From: Chrysomallon squamiferum
Taxonomy: Eukaryota; Animalia; Mollusca
Reading direction: 5' to 3'
Assembly (NCBI GenBank): GCA_012295275.1
Contig: CM022669.1
Location: 17,174,001-17,238,000, forward strand
DNA length: 64,000 nt
The notes beneath the pieces were generated by a model, which had not been told where the DNA came from, ran no database searches, and saw only the letters and a list, made by a program, of their open reading frames with translations. The position numbers were made by a program, and so were the translations under genes. Positions 1 to 13,459 of the stretch are shown here, in pieces (within the stretch, counting starts at the first letter, position 1; each line of letters begins with the position of its first letter).

Positions 1-411
1 TTTCTTTCAATTAAATTCTAAAATAGCTAAATGTGATTAATAAAATCGAGCTTTTGTTAAATAATCGCAGTAACAGCAAACGATGATCTTTGCGGACTCA
101 ACAACAGCCCTCGTCGCCATGTTCTGTCAGTAAAACATTTTAAAAGCAACATTCTGCTAATGCTTGTAACAGAAAGAACTCTCTCTCTCTCTTCAGACAC
201 TAAGGACACAAGCAAGTCGTTTGGCTAATTGACTTTTCTAACACGTAACGAGTCTGTCAATTAACTTTTCCATTTTCAACGGCTGTAAATGTTTTCTCAA
301 GTTTTCGCTCTGTCTTATCCGAATTAAATCTACTTCGGCTGAAACCTTCTTGAAACTGTTACAGAAATCGGAGCAAAGACCAACTCCAGTTATAAAATCA
401 GAAAAAGACAA

Positions 412-450
<39 letters not shown>

Positions 451-3175
451 GAATAAAAAATTCATATTTAGTATTGTCCTCAAACATATTGCTAAACATT
501 TCATAATGTTGCTTTCAGTGATAGTCATACAAGTATAACTGTTACACTGAACACAGCAATAGTAATCTCTTCATATCCAGGAACAACGATGTTTTCCTTT
601 CAGTTAAATTTGTCCTTCTGTTGTGTTAGGTACTCAAAAGTGATTTTCTATTTGATAAATACAAAGTTGACTCTTACCTATAATGTTTAGATCTTTTTTT
701 CCTCTTTCTTGTGGAAAAAAAAAATCGAAGTTGACTGTCAAATAGTTCCAAGGTTACGATTTTGTTTTTAATATTATATTTTTTGATGCGGTTTGCGTAC
801 AATCACCATTTTCAACAAATCTCGATTTTTGAGTTGCCCGTTCTGAAGGTAAATTGCCTCTGACAAAGCTTATTTCATAATATATCATACTGTTTGCTGC
901 ACTTGTGCATTAAAAACATTTTTTCTTGTCTGTGAAAAGTACATTTACTCTGATATGTGAAGACAAAGGTGGTAAAAATCATTCATTTGGTAAAGAACTA
1001 AATCTTTGAAAATGCTTAAGATCACGTTTGTACTCATTCTGCAAAGATAGTTTTTAACCCAAATTAATCAGCGTGAAAATTTCTAGATGATGAAATACAG
1101 AATGGATAGATTAGAAAATCTTAATTTTTAGGGTGTTCAACCTTTTTTCTTTTAACAAAGTTGCAGTTTTCCTGTACAATCGAGGTGCAATCTTAGTGCT
1201 AATAAAGGCTGTATAATAACAAAGATGACTTGTTAAGTGCAGCCTCCTCCCAAGAGCGGGTCTGAAAGCAATGAACAATGAGAGGATATTAAATAAATGT
1301 ATGGATAAAGAATTACAGTTAATAATACTTTTACAATTTGAATTTCACGTGGATAAGGATTAAGAAGAGACTTTGTAAAAAAAGATGTTTTTGAGAGCTC
1401 GTTTGAACTTTATGAGGCAAACGTCAAATCAAAGAGTACTGAATGACTTATGTTATAATTTATTTTGTATGTAGAATATTTTTAACCAAGTTTCAATCAT
1501 AACAAAGCTTAATTTTTGCCACACACGCTAACTAATCACCGATTCATATATCATTTCCAATATTTTCCCAAGACATTGCCATAATCCCAGAATATAATGA
1601 AATAAAAAGGTAAATACTACTGAATAAGCAATCATAAATGAGGAGGCTATGTTAAAACCACAACAACAGTTGAAAAACTAAAGTCTTGTGACATATTTTT
1701 TCTCTTATTCGGGCATCAAAAACAAGTAAACTTCTTTAACTAACATTTTTTTGCCGAGACACATTTAGACAAATTATACAAAACAGTATCCGATATCATT
1801 TCAACCCAGAGTTTATCACTTAAATTGTAAATTTAAGCACTTAAATTGACATCTTATGAAAAGAATGATCATTTCACTTACCAGCAAGATCCTTTAAACA
1901 GACTTCAGGAGGTTCTGGTTGAGGAACAGCGACTTGATCAGATGCCTGCTGACTCGGAGGGGAACCAGATTCGGTGATGACGACTTACCACGTGGTTCAA
2001 CAGAAGGAAAAAAACTAAACAATTCTGGTGACGTCTCCCTGAGACAGAGTGGTTGGTCGTGTAGATTATTTCAGCTTCTTTTCCACTGATGAAATATTTC
2101 TCTATTGTGATGTATTTTTGAAAGGGTTCTGTTGCTCCAAACTCGTGAAGAGACTTAACAGAAGTTGGTCATCAAGATTTTCTAACGCTTTCGGGAAGCA
2201 AATATAGTTTTATTATTTGGTACAGAAGATTCTGTCAGAATAAGTTATTTTTTTTGTTTTGAGTTTACTCTCATTTTCATTTATTATTTCTAGCAAAAAA
2301 ACATTTTCTATACAGTTATTTTTAAGAATTTAAGTGAATTTATAAAGATCAAACAAACCCTGTTTTTGAAGAGTATTGATTTGTGTTTGTTACATACAGA
2401 TTCATTCTCTATTTTTAATCGTTTATTTTATGTTTTATATTAAGCTTGCATTCAGAAGATCAGACAAATCCAGAAATCCGGGCCATCTCCAGTTCCAAAG
2501 CTTGCTGGATTACTGATCCTCTGTACGATAAAAACAAAAGTTCGCATTATTATTTGAATGTAATAAATAAATATCAAAACTAGCAGAACGATTTAAAATA
2601 CTTATTTAGTAGCAGACAGTGGATGTAGCAGAAAGAAATATATTATTACTGTTATTATGTACGTTAAAGTGTTGTCTATAAAATGGATAAACTATTATAT
2701 ATACAAACACAACACTGACTTGAAAAAGGTGCATAGTTGCGTAGAGAATCAAAAGAGAGAGGGCCATAATGTGAGAAAAAGAGGAAACTGAGGGAGAAGA
2801 GAAATAGAAACAGAAAAGAACTACACAGAACGAGAGAGAAAAAAAAAAACAGAGAAGGAAACAAGTGCGAGAAAAACAGATTAAAAAAAGAATATATAGA
2901 AATAGAAAGATAGATAGATGATAGAAGAGAGGGAGTGAGAGAGAGAGAAAGAGAGACAGACAGACTGACAGACAGACAGGCAAACAGACAGACGAACTGT
3001 ACCTTCAAAAAAAATACAAAGAAATATAGCTGAGCAAAGGATGTTTGTTTTTGATCACAAATTATCAGATATATTAAAATATTTATTTAACAAAACAGAC
3101 TAGATGTTTACGTAGTTCTAAGTCAAAATATATAGATAACAACACACTTTTGTAAAGATATAAACTATGACCAGT

Positions 3176-4093
3176 TCATGTGACACAATTACATTTATAC
3201 AAAAATGTATACATAGATTTAAAAATATCTTTATAGGCACGTCTAAAATCCAGGTTTAACCATCCATAAATGAAACAATTTGCGCCGGCGTTGATGTAGA
3301 CCAGAACGTATATCCGTCTCTCAGTTACACTGGGTATATTCATTACAACCCGCAAAGCAAACGTTAATGATAATGGTGCCCAGCAAACGAAAAATACTCC
3401 AAACACCGCAAGAAATAATTTAACAAGTTTCCAATTGGCCTTTGCGTTAGACGAAACTTGTGTCGTAGAGCTTGGAATTACCAGTCTCTGCTGACGTCTG
3501 GCTATGAGACAGATGTTGCCGTAGAAAAACGCAAACAAAGCGGTTTCTGCGACGAACACGCCAAGACGGACCATCCTTGATAAGTCGCTGAGAAACGATT
3601 CTGCGGAGCAGCCTTGAGTTTCGTCCCACTTGGAAGAGAGCAGCAGATGAATGTTCATGACGAATGAAATCATCCAAGAGAAACAAATGACTGTCAGCGT
3701 CTTGCGGTGACTAATCATTGTTGCGTAACGTAGCGGATACTTGATGTAAAGGTACCTGTCAACGGCTATCAGAACCACGGTAAATCCCGAAACGTCCAGA
3801 ATCCACGACGTCACCATCACAAGAGTTAAACAAGCAGCGCGGTTGTAGTATTCCTTTGAAATCGCTTTGAAAATTGAAATGGAACTCAGAGCAAGAGCTC
3901 CGGTTGTAAGGTCGGAAAGAGCCAACGAAACTAGATACATATTCGGAATTGTCCTCAAACACTTTGTCCGCCATATTGCCAACAGCGTCAGAATGTTGCC
4001 TCCAACGATGACTAAGAAGGACACAACGACTACTAATAAACCGATGACAGTGATGCTAACATCTCTATTATCAGAAACAGTGTTATTTTCCAT
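3176..4093 (-). CDS. Intronless class A (rhodopsin-like) GPCR, 305 aa, orphan amine/adenosine-receptor-like
   Basis: Seven hydrophobic segments with GN (TM1), LALSD (TM2), AVDRY (TM3), YPLRY (ICL2), CWAP (TM6) and NCFIY (degenerate NPxxY). TM3 and ECL2 Cys are present, with an N-glycosylation sequon (NNT) in the short N-terminus. Confidence 0.93.
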   Translation of the reverse strand: MENNTVSDNRDVSITVIGLLVVVVSFLVIVGGNILTLLAIWRTKCLRTIPNMYLVSLALSDLTTGALALSSISIFKAISKEYYNRAACLTLVMVTSWILDVSGFTVVLIAVDRYLYIKYPLRYATMISHRKTLTVICFSWMISFVMNIHLLLSSKWDETQGCSAESFLSDLSRMVRLGVFVAETALFAFFYGNICLIARRQQRLVIPSSTTQVSSNAKANWKLVKLFLAVFGVFFVCWAPLSLTFALRVVMNIPSVTERRIYVLVYINAGANCFIYGWLNLDFRRAYKDIFKSMYTFLYKCNCVT

Positions 4094-4405
4094 TCTTTCT
4101 GATTTTACTGAAAACCTCTGCTCTACTCTTCTTGTTATTATTCATAGATATATTTTGAGCAATTTTTGTAATGATGCCAAGCAATTCACACTGTTACACT
4201 TGCTGATGTACGTCAATTGTAAAGAAAGTGTTAGAATTTTGATCGAAATCCTTCTAGTATATTCTTCATTCAATCGTTCCACATCTCTTAGTATAGATTA
4301 TATTTCAGAAAGCGGAGACTAAATTATTAAGAGAAAACGAACTCAACGATTTTAATATACTTTTGCATTAAGACAACATTACAAAAGTAAAATTAAGTTT
4401 TCATC

Positions 4406-4590
4406 TTATAACTCCTTCAAAACCCTAACATATCTCAGAGAAAGAATTCCACATATAATGTTTGAACAAACCAATGAAACTATATACATGTTAAATATTC
4501 TCCGCCATACTGCCGATAGTGCTAAAATATTTCCTACTAAGTTCAAAACATAAAAGAATATACATATATATCCACAGGAATCAGTCGATG
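4406..4590 (-). pseudogene. Decayed GPCR TM1-TM2 fragment related to the adjacent receptor
   Basis: Translation 'VLNLVGNILALSAVWRRIFNMYIVSLVCSNIICGILSL' parallels 'IVGGNILTLLAIWRTKCLRTIPNMYLVSLALSDLTTGALAL' of the 3176-4093 receptor, with a deletion in ICL1 and a stop soon after TM2. Confidence 0.7.
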
Positions 4591-4937
4591 ATTTGATTTT
4601 TCTTTCTTTCGATTCCTTTTTCTTGGATCTGTTATATATCACTGATACTTTTGGTTCACGTTTGCTGGTTTGTTCATGTCGTTGTAACTGTCACTGCTGT
4701 TTTGAAACGTTCATTTTTATCATTTGTTCTCGAATTTTGGTTGCTCTTCATAATATTCTCTTAATTGTTCTCGATTATTTTTTATTTATTTTTCTTCATA
4801 TTCTTCTTGTAGTTGTTGTTGTTTTTTTCCATTCAAATAACTAAATCCTTTACTTTTCGTTGAAGATTATTCAGAATTTTTTTTTTTCTCTTGGATTACC
4901 AACTTTTTTTTTTCGTTCTTTCTTTTCTTTTTTTCTC

Positions 4938-4968
<31 letters not shown>

Positions 4969-5714
4969 TAATAATAATAATAAAATAATAATAATAATAA
5001 AAAAAAAATAAAATAAAATAAAATAAATCTGAGTGTTATTTAAAAATAAGGCATACTATACTATGTTTTTTTTTAAACAGCGTGTCACACTGAGCGCAGT
5101 TTATGATACACTAACAAGTTTTTCTAAGACGATAGTAAAAAGAAGAAGAAAAACAATTGCTCTGGTGACTCTCAATCAGTTCGAGGATCTTCTTGTAAGA
5201 AAAGGCGTGTCAACGACCGTAGCTAAACTTCCATGACAACAGACGTGTCACTAAGAAAAAAAAGAAGTAAAACAGAAAAAACAAATCATCTTGTGGATGA
5301 AGACGTGCGTGCGTGTGTGTTTGTATGTGTGTCTGTGTGTCTGTGTGTGTGTCTGTGTGTGTGTCTGTGTGTGTGTGTCTGTGTATTTACAGTACACTGT
5401 GTTAGAGAACACTTTATCTGAAATAAGTACATAAATAAAAAAAAAAGAATATTGAATCAAACATCATCTGTGGCCAGTTGTTATTTATGAATGTACTTTT
5501 GTCAGCCTCGGCTCACGTCAAAGATAAAGTGACCCGGTTAGGTCAACTTCGCTTGAGATGGAAGAAAACTAAATGTTATTCTCCATTTTGACAAATGACA
5601 AACGAGACAATGGATTTGATTGTTATTTATTTATTCTTTCATTCATTTATTTATTTGAATAATTTCCTGGTTTATTTATTTGTATTTTATTTTATTTTTT
5701 TTAAATATTAAAAT

Positions 5715-5860
<146 letters not shown>

Positions 5861-5903
5861 TAATCAGAAAGGTATCGACAAGACATGTTACAGATATTTT
5901 CTC

Positions 5904-5937
<34 letters not shown>

Positions 5938-6452
5938 CTGGAGTCGTGGTAAATTCAACAGATGCGGCAGTCCACAGATCTGATTACAAAAATTATTTAA
6001 TCGAATTAGCAGACATTAGATGTCAGTGCATCAAAGCAATTAGATTTCCGCCAAAGAAGAATAAAAAAGAACCATTTTAATAAATCAACAAATGAAAAAC
6101 AAATTTAAAAAACATAGAAAAGAAAACATCTGCGCTAAAGAAAAGGGGATGGTATTAATTATGTTATTACTAAGAAGGTTTTTTTTTCAATTCTGTGCAG
6201 TGAAATTCAATATTAATAATAGTGATGATGATGATGATAGTAATAGCAATAGTAATAAAACTAATAATAATAACTAAAGTAATAGTAATAGTTATAGTAA
6301 TTTTAATAATAATAATAATAATCATAGCAATAATAATAATGATTATGATGATGATGATAATGATAATAAGAATGAAATAAAATAATTAGAAAAAAAAAAT
6401 ATATATATTTGTTTCAGTAATAAAAATATACCAATAGCTAGCATTAAAAGAA

Positions 6453-6540
<88 letters not shown>

Positions 6541-7160
6541 CGAGATAACGAAGAGACAGAGACGGAAAGATACAGCGAGAAAGGTGTATGACATTTCTGA
6601 ATACAGTTGTTGCTTACAGAAAAGTAAGATGAAACTAAATCTATAATGCATTTATAGAAATAATGTTTGCATAATTCATAGTACGAAATCAAATGTCAGG
6701 TTGTTACAGACACTGGTTAAAATAATAATAATAATCATAATAATAACAATAATAAATGAAATAAAATAAAGATTCACATTAACGGATGAAGCAAAAAAGG
6801 AAGAAAAAAAAAATCACCAATAAATAATAACAAAAACCCAGACAAATAATAATAATAATTAAAAAAAAAAAAAAAAAAAACAGAAAAAACAACAAAAACC
6901 CCTACAAAAATCAAGGATAAAAAGATGAAGAAGAAGAAGAAGAAGAAAAACAAGAAGAAGAAGAACAAAAACAACAACAACAATGTATGATAGCTTATAA
7001 AATATTAATCCAACCAAACGTAATTCTTGATACTCGCTTAAAATATTATAGCTACTGTACTTATTTATTTTTATTTTTACTTCCTCTACTGCAACTACTA
7101 CACCTATCATTACTTTAAAATGATTTTTGTTGTTGTTTTGTCATCGTAGTCCTTATTCTT

Positions 7161-7205
<45 letters not shown>

Positions 7206-9150
7206 TGTTGTTACAAATCGTTCCTCTGATTCAGTAACTTTCCAAATGTTGTTTTATTATCAAACTATTCTATTGGATCTCTAAAACAATTATTTGTCCA
7301 GTATTCATTTTAATATGCTACTAGTGATGAAACTCATTAATCTTTTAATATTTTTATTTTATATTTATTTACGTAAACGCAATTAGTTTTGTTTTGTTTG
7401 TTGTATCAAACAGCTTGCACGCGCGGTTGAAACTGTCGTCTGCCCAGCATGAGCGCTGCACGAGCCTCCGGAGCGTCGGACGATTATTTGTGTCGTCTGC
7501 TTCCTAATGATCAACAATGACAAAGCTGTTTTCTGTCAATCACTAGTCCGTCATAGTTTTAATCAATGCAGTATTCAAAAGATATTTTACACAAAACTGT
7601 TTTTTAGTCGTAAGCTATTTGGAAAAGTTTTACCTGAACAAAAAAATTATCAATGAATTGCGTACAGTGGACTATTTTATTTCAAGTTTGGCTGGATTTT
7701 TTTGTTTTGTTTTGTTTTTGTTGGTCATATCGATTTAAGTTTTATGTTGTGTAAATATTTTAATCAGATATTCGATAAGCTAACAACAGCACTGAAAAGT
7801 GTCTTCCGGTTCTGTTAAGCGCATGTCTTACAAATCGTTCAGACAGTCGTAATGCATGCATGGTGAAAATCCATAACTGAGGAATACTTGTCTCATTTTT
7901 TGGAGAGTCCAAATGTGAAACAGCAGCTTAAAAATATATTGATTACCGTGATGAATGAAAAAGGTCACAACTCAGATACATTTATACGTATCTTTAAAAT
8001 TAATTACCTTTACTCTTCATGTTTTTTTTTTTTTTTTTTTTTTTTTAATTATTTGATTTTTGAGTCTATATTTTTTTGTTAATAATTTATTTAATTTGTT
8101 ATAGTTATATTTCTTGCTGTTGTTCATACTGTTAGCTCCTTGTTGCTATATGTTTCTGATATTGCTCTTGTCGTTGTCGTTGTTGCTTTTTGTTATTATT
8201 TTTGTTGATATTGTGCGTCTTATATTTATTTGGATTTTTGTAATAACTGTCGTTGTCGTTATTGTTGTTATCATTGTAGTTGATTTTAACGTTGCTGTTG
8301 TTGCTCAGGTATTTTGTTGTTCTTGTCAGTGTTGTTGATGCTGTCATTATTTTTACTGCTGTTGCTGTTGCTTTTGTTACTGATATATTTAGTTATTTAT
8401 TTATATTTCGTTTTGTTGATTTTTTTTGTTGTTGTTGCTGCTGCTGTTATTTTTGTCAAGATTAATTCTGAAGAGCAGTGGCTCAATGTTTGGTTGATTT
8501 TTTTTTTTTTACTGCTTTATTGATTTTCTTGTTGCTTTTGTAGTTGTGTATCTTTCAAATAACTATCTGGATTTTTTTTCCCCCTCTTTGAAGATTGTAT
8601 GTCTATTTTCTCTCTTGTATTGTAACATGCAGAAGAATATCGTTAACAAAAGGAACAATTATTAATAACTGCCATCATTCGTCAAAAAAACTTTATTGAG
8701 AGCTCACATGCTTCAAAACGATTATTTCTTACGATGCAGTTCATTTCGTTGCCATGAAACAAGTTTACAGGAAATGAGCACTGGTCAAAATTAAAACAGT
8801 TTCTTTGTATAATTCTTCCATTTGTTAATTAACATATCAGTTTTCTATTTACATAGGTGAGGGACGTAATTCTATATTTTTGAAATTATTTTACTCGATT
8901 ACGGTTTCAGTTATTATTAAGATTAATAAAATATATCAAATTTCATTCACTGTTTACAGTGATATATGAGTGTGATTTGTTTCAATGGCTGCAGACTCAA
9001 ACTTAAGCGCGGTATCTGGATGGATCGAAACTCACTGATTCGCTAGTCTGGAAGTTTCCCGTTCCCGATTTTTTCTGTCACAAGTCTGAAAATCAGTGAC
9101 TGGGATCAATCCTCACTGCTTCCATTCAGCTGGTTTCCAGAGCATCTTAT

Positions 9151-9310
9151 TCATTTATCAAACGCTATGCTACTAATTTATCAAACATTATATTGCTGAT
9201 TATTAAAGGCTGTATATCTGAGATATCAAACACTTTGTAGCTGATTTATCAAAGACTAGTCTGTTGAATTATCAAAGGATATGCAATTGATTTAATAAAA
9301 AGTGGTTTGT
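9151..9310. repeat. Seven-unit ~23-bp degenerate tandem array with core TGATTTATCAAA, inside a SINE-like remnant
   Basis: Units start at about 9151, 9174, 9197, 9219, 9242, 9265 and 9288. The 12-bp core is conserved and the ~11-bp remainder is variable. Followed by SINE-like 'gtaaaagattccttgctg' at about 9345-9362. Confidence 0.75.
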
Positions 9311-9779
9311 GATATTTTTTATTATTGTCTCGGGAAATATGCTTGTAAAAGATTCCTTGCTGAGATTAGTGCATTGTACGGTGATAGTGTATTTTATTTC
9401 TCGTGTCATCATCATTTTAGAAAAACAACGAAAAAACATACAGCAACATTTAGGAGAGACAAACTAGACAGATATTGATATATTATTTAATATCTTCATA
9501 CTGAAGATCTCACATCAAGCTCATTCACCGGAAAATTTGAAAAAAATAAAATAAAAAAATATAAAAAGCCACCAAAAACTTCATTGTTTTTCTTTTGTTC
9601 TGATTTTTTTCATTTCAGTCAGTGTTGCACGCTTAGTGCATATAAGTCGTATAATCTATGTTGTCACTTTTATATAAAACTGAAATAAAAGGTAAATGAT
9701 CTATTGAAATAACGTAAACATGCTCTATAAAAACAGCATATATATTTCATAACCTAGATTCCTAGAGATTAAACCCGAG

Positions 9780-9874
<95 letters not shown>

Positions 9875-12233
9875 CTTTAAAAACATTGTACTAAATCATT
9901 GTATTTCTTTATTATTTTCAACTTATATGTTGTTTTCTTTATGTTCGAAATGCTCTTCATCCCTGTTCAATTAAATTTCAATCACATTGTTATTTTCTAA
10001 TTTAAATCTTTTTTATTTAGTAATTGTCTTCTTTTTTATTCTTTTTCAGGTGTAATAAATGTAGCAAAACATTAGCTCGTGCATTTTATATTTATGCTCT
10101 TTTATTAATACATAAAAAAAACCTCCTTAAAGCCGTTAAAATAACCGTTTCATTTCTTGTTCTCCTATTTTTACTAAAATCGTGAATCGAAGTTTTACTG
10201 ACTCTGAAATATTTATCACTACACTCATTGATTTATCAATATATTTTTACAATTAAAACAACTTCAAACACAAATACTGCTTTGTTATATCACTGCATAA
10301 AATATTAAAGACTTCATTCAAACAGTTATCTAATTAATATTACGTAATCTAGTTTTAATTGGCCTTCGTAAAAACCATTCCGTATAGGTTATGTTTATTT
10401 AAATACGTCAGTAGTGAACTCACATTAATAAACAGCTGGAATAAACAACTGACCGTAGACTGTAGTATTACACACGCTGCGAAGTGGAACAAAACAACAG
10501 ATTTGCATGTTCATTCATGTTACGTACGAAACATAATTTTTCACGCCATACGTCTCTATTAGAAACAAGGCAGAAACGTTTCAGCGGTCATTTTTATTTA
10601 TCCTGTTGTGTTTTTATTTAAGACTGAGAAGGAATATAAAACAGGCATCAGAAAAAAGACTTAGAAAACTGTCCTATGTCAAAAATCTTGCATCAGATCT
10701 CCTCAACAGAAATATTTTTGTCCAGATTCTTTTCGCAGACTGATTGCTGTTTTATGCTCAGTCAGTTAAAAGCTTCTGTATTCTTTATTTGTCTGCTACA
10801 GACCAATTAAAAGAAAATATTACATAAGGAATTATTCACGAATGAATATTGGTTAATCTCAGTCTGAAGGAAATTCCTTTAAGAATTCTTTAACATTTCC
10901 AAAGTTATATTTATTCTTAAAGGTAAAAACAGCGACGACGATTTTTACTGTATGGATGTCAGTATTTGGTCAAAACTGTTTCTGGTGAAAGATCTAATTT
11001 GTTGGGTATTTTTTACTTTATAATGTTTTATAATCAACTTTACCTTTCGTGAAGATAATAATGGCTGCATTGCATATCGTGATGTGTTTTATGGATGTTA
11101 AAGTTCAGACTGATTTTTTCGAACGTTGATACTTTTTATTTCATGGACAAAAACGTTTTGGAATTTCTGATAAATAGTGAAGGAAAATGTTTGGATAAAT
11201 GTTTGTCAGAAATACTTCAGATGATAAATGATTAAATAATGAATTGTACGAGAAGTGACTTCAAAACAGAAAAGTAATCTGTACAAAGAAGAAACACGCA
11301 AAAGAAGCAGGAAAGTGTTTTATAGACGATGCTGTTGTTATTTCAAAGTTCTGAAGGTTAACAAATATCTTTGGTTAAAACTATTCATCTTTCTTCTTTC
11401 TTGGAACGTGACAATTATTCTTCAAAACATTTATCTTTTGATTTCTCCATTATAGTATTAGTTGAAACGTGTGTTTTCTCTAATGATAAAATTCGAGGAT
11501 TTATCTTTTCGGAAACTGTGATCAAGTAAGAAGTAGCAGGTTAAAAGATGACCATCGAAAACAAAATCAATTAAAATCACAAAAAAAAGTACATTAATGG
11601 ATTACTTTACGCTTTTTCAAATTCGAACGGATTTATTTTTTTAAATGTTTTTTTTTTTTTTTTTTTAGTTTTTTCTTTAGTGCTTTTTCTTGTTTTTAAT
11701 ATATTTCAAAAAAAAAAAAAAAAAAAAATACCCAGCTGTACACCTCCCACGTTTTGAAAGCAATTTGAAAATATTGTTTTCTTTTTATAAACTGTTTTTG
11801 GTATAAATTGTCACTGTAGAGCCATTTCCCTCTTAATTTGCACACCGTTATCAGAAGCAAGTGAATGGAAAAATCTGCTTGCCAACCGATAAGACTTCGT
11901 ATCTTTTTTCAAGAACGTTAATAACCACAACATTAGACTTTCCACGAACAGGACTATGTTTGGTTTTCGTCTTCTTGTTGCTACCGTTTATCAGAAAAGG
12001 AAGGTGACAAAGATGGATTCTAAACATATCGCAGACATGCGGCTATTTGCGTAACGTTTCGTGAGTTATTCAATATATTACTATTCTGTTGCATTTTAAC
12101 AGCCTGTCATTTTTTTTTTTCTTCCTGAAAGACGTGATTTATTAATGATCCGTTGCTAAGTAATAACCGTCTGTGGTTCTTTCCTTCTTTGTTTCATCAA
12201 GTTATTTTAAACTGCCCGATATACGCGACCATC

Positions 12234-13352
12234 ATGTGTTCGAGTCATGTGAACTTGTCGCTCGTCAACGAAAGGACAGATTCTGATAACGTCAGCTGCT
12301 CTTTGGCGTCCCGAATCACCGATTCCGTGAACCAGTACGTCCCGATGATTCTTACCATTTCGGGCACCGTTTGCAACGTAATCGTTGTCATGGTGATGTA
12401 CTCGAAGTTCTTCCGCAAGAACTCCTCCAGTTTGTACATCGCGGTGAACGCCGTCGTCGACATCGGCAGCCTCACTCTCCTGCTGCCCCCTCACTGGGTC
12501 TACATGACGTTCCCCGAAGTCTTCACGAAGACTCTGCATTCGCACGCTCTGTGCAGATTCTTCAACTTCGCCGGCTGGGGGACCAGCGACCTGGGGATAC
12601 TCCTGACAGTTGCCATGACAACGGAGAGAGCCATAGCGGTGATGCTGCCGCTCAGAGCCAACTCTCTGTGCACGAGAAGAAGAGCGAAGGTAGGCATAAC
12701 CATAGTAACCGTCATAATCGTCATCAAAGAGATCCAGTTTCTCATCACTTCGCGCATGGTTTCCGTGCCCGACTCGCTCTATCTGTGCACTGTGACCTTG
12801 GAAAACCCAGTTTACGCAGTGTTCTGGACGAAATACTGGCTGTGGATTCACAACGTCTTCCTGTTAGCGTCATTCCTCATCATTTCAGCGAGCAACGTCG
12901 TCATTCTGAAAAGCGTCAAGAGGTCCGACACCCAGTTCGGAGCCGGGGGCCAGAAATCCGCTCGGCACCAGTCGCGCAATCGGCAACTTTCGCTCATGCT
13001 GCTGATCGACTCGGTGACGGTCGTGGTGTTCACGCTACCGTACTCGATCATAGTGTCGCTGTCGCAGTTCGGCGAAAAACCACGAAATGAAGACGTCGAC
13101 AAACTGATCAACTCCGTCGCTTTTTATTTGTTGTACGTGAACAGGTGCGCTAACTTTTACCTCTACTGCGTCAGCGGCTCCAGGTTTCGACAGGTTTTGA
13201 AGCAGATTCTCTGTCGCCGTTGTTCGGGGATGCACGGTCGCAGTAGTGGGTCGGCGTTGGCCAGTTATTCTTCCCAGTTCACGACGTCGTCACCGACAGC
13301 GATAAACACCGTATCGGGAACTGTTTCTATGAATCCAGCGGGACTGAGTTAA
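12234..13352 (+). CDS. Intronless class A GPCR, peptide-receptor-like (FMRFamide/TRH-receptor-like orphan group), ~372 aa
   Basis: First ATG at 12234 (the track's 12153 start is TTG). N-terminal sequons NLS and NVS, seven TM segments, TTERAIAV (DRY equivalent), 'PLRA..LCT' ICL2, FTLP (TM6), NFYLYCVSGSRFR (TM7/H8) and a Ser/Thr-rich tail. GC-rich coding composition. Confidence 0.93.
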   Translation: MCSSHVNLSLVNERTDSDNVSCSLASRITDSVNQYVPMILTISGTVCNVIVVMVMYSKFFRKNSSSLYIAVNAVVDIGSLTLLLPPHWVYMTFPEVFTKTLHSHALCRFFNFAGWGTSDLGILLTVAMTTERAIAVMLPLRANSLCTRRRAKVGITIVTVIIVIKEIQFLITSRMVSVPDSLYLCTVTLENPVYAVFWTKYWLWIHNVFLLASFLIISASNVVILKSVKRSDTQFGAGGQKSARHQSRNRQLSLMLLIDSVTVVVFTLPYSIIVSLSQFGEKPRNEDVDKLINSVAFYLLYVNRCANFYLYCVSGSRFRQVLKQILCRRCSGMHGRSSGSALASYSSQFTTSSPTAINTVSGTVSMNPAGLS

Positions 13353-13419
13353 CATTAATAGTTTACTATAATGTGTTAAACGCACACTCGCACACACACA
13401 CACATACATACACACACAC

Positions 13420-13459
<40 letters not shown>

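Noticed and set aside
1882-2200. Exon-like segment with a minus-strand G|GTAAGT donor (ESGSPPSQQASDQVAVPQPEPPEVCLKDLA)
   Set aside because: Upstream in-frame stops, no clear acceptor or partner exon, and no recognisable homology. Cannot be supported as a CDS.
238-3008. ORFs 238-528, 350-538, 2606-2983 and 2676-3008
   Set aside because: Driven by (AAT)n and GA-rich low-complexity tracts, with no domain signal.
9151-9310. CRISPR interpretation of the repeat-spacer array
   Set aside because: Eukaryotic context, a degenerate 12-bp core, 11-bp spacers and no cas genes.
12207-13235. Long antisense and alternative-frame ORFs over the second GPCR (also those over the first GPCR, LicD and TRIM)
   Set aside because: Expected shadows of GC3-rich coding sequence.
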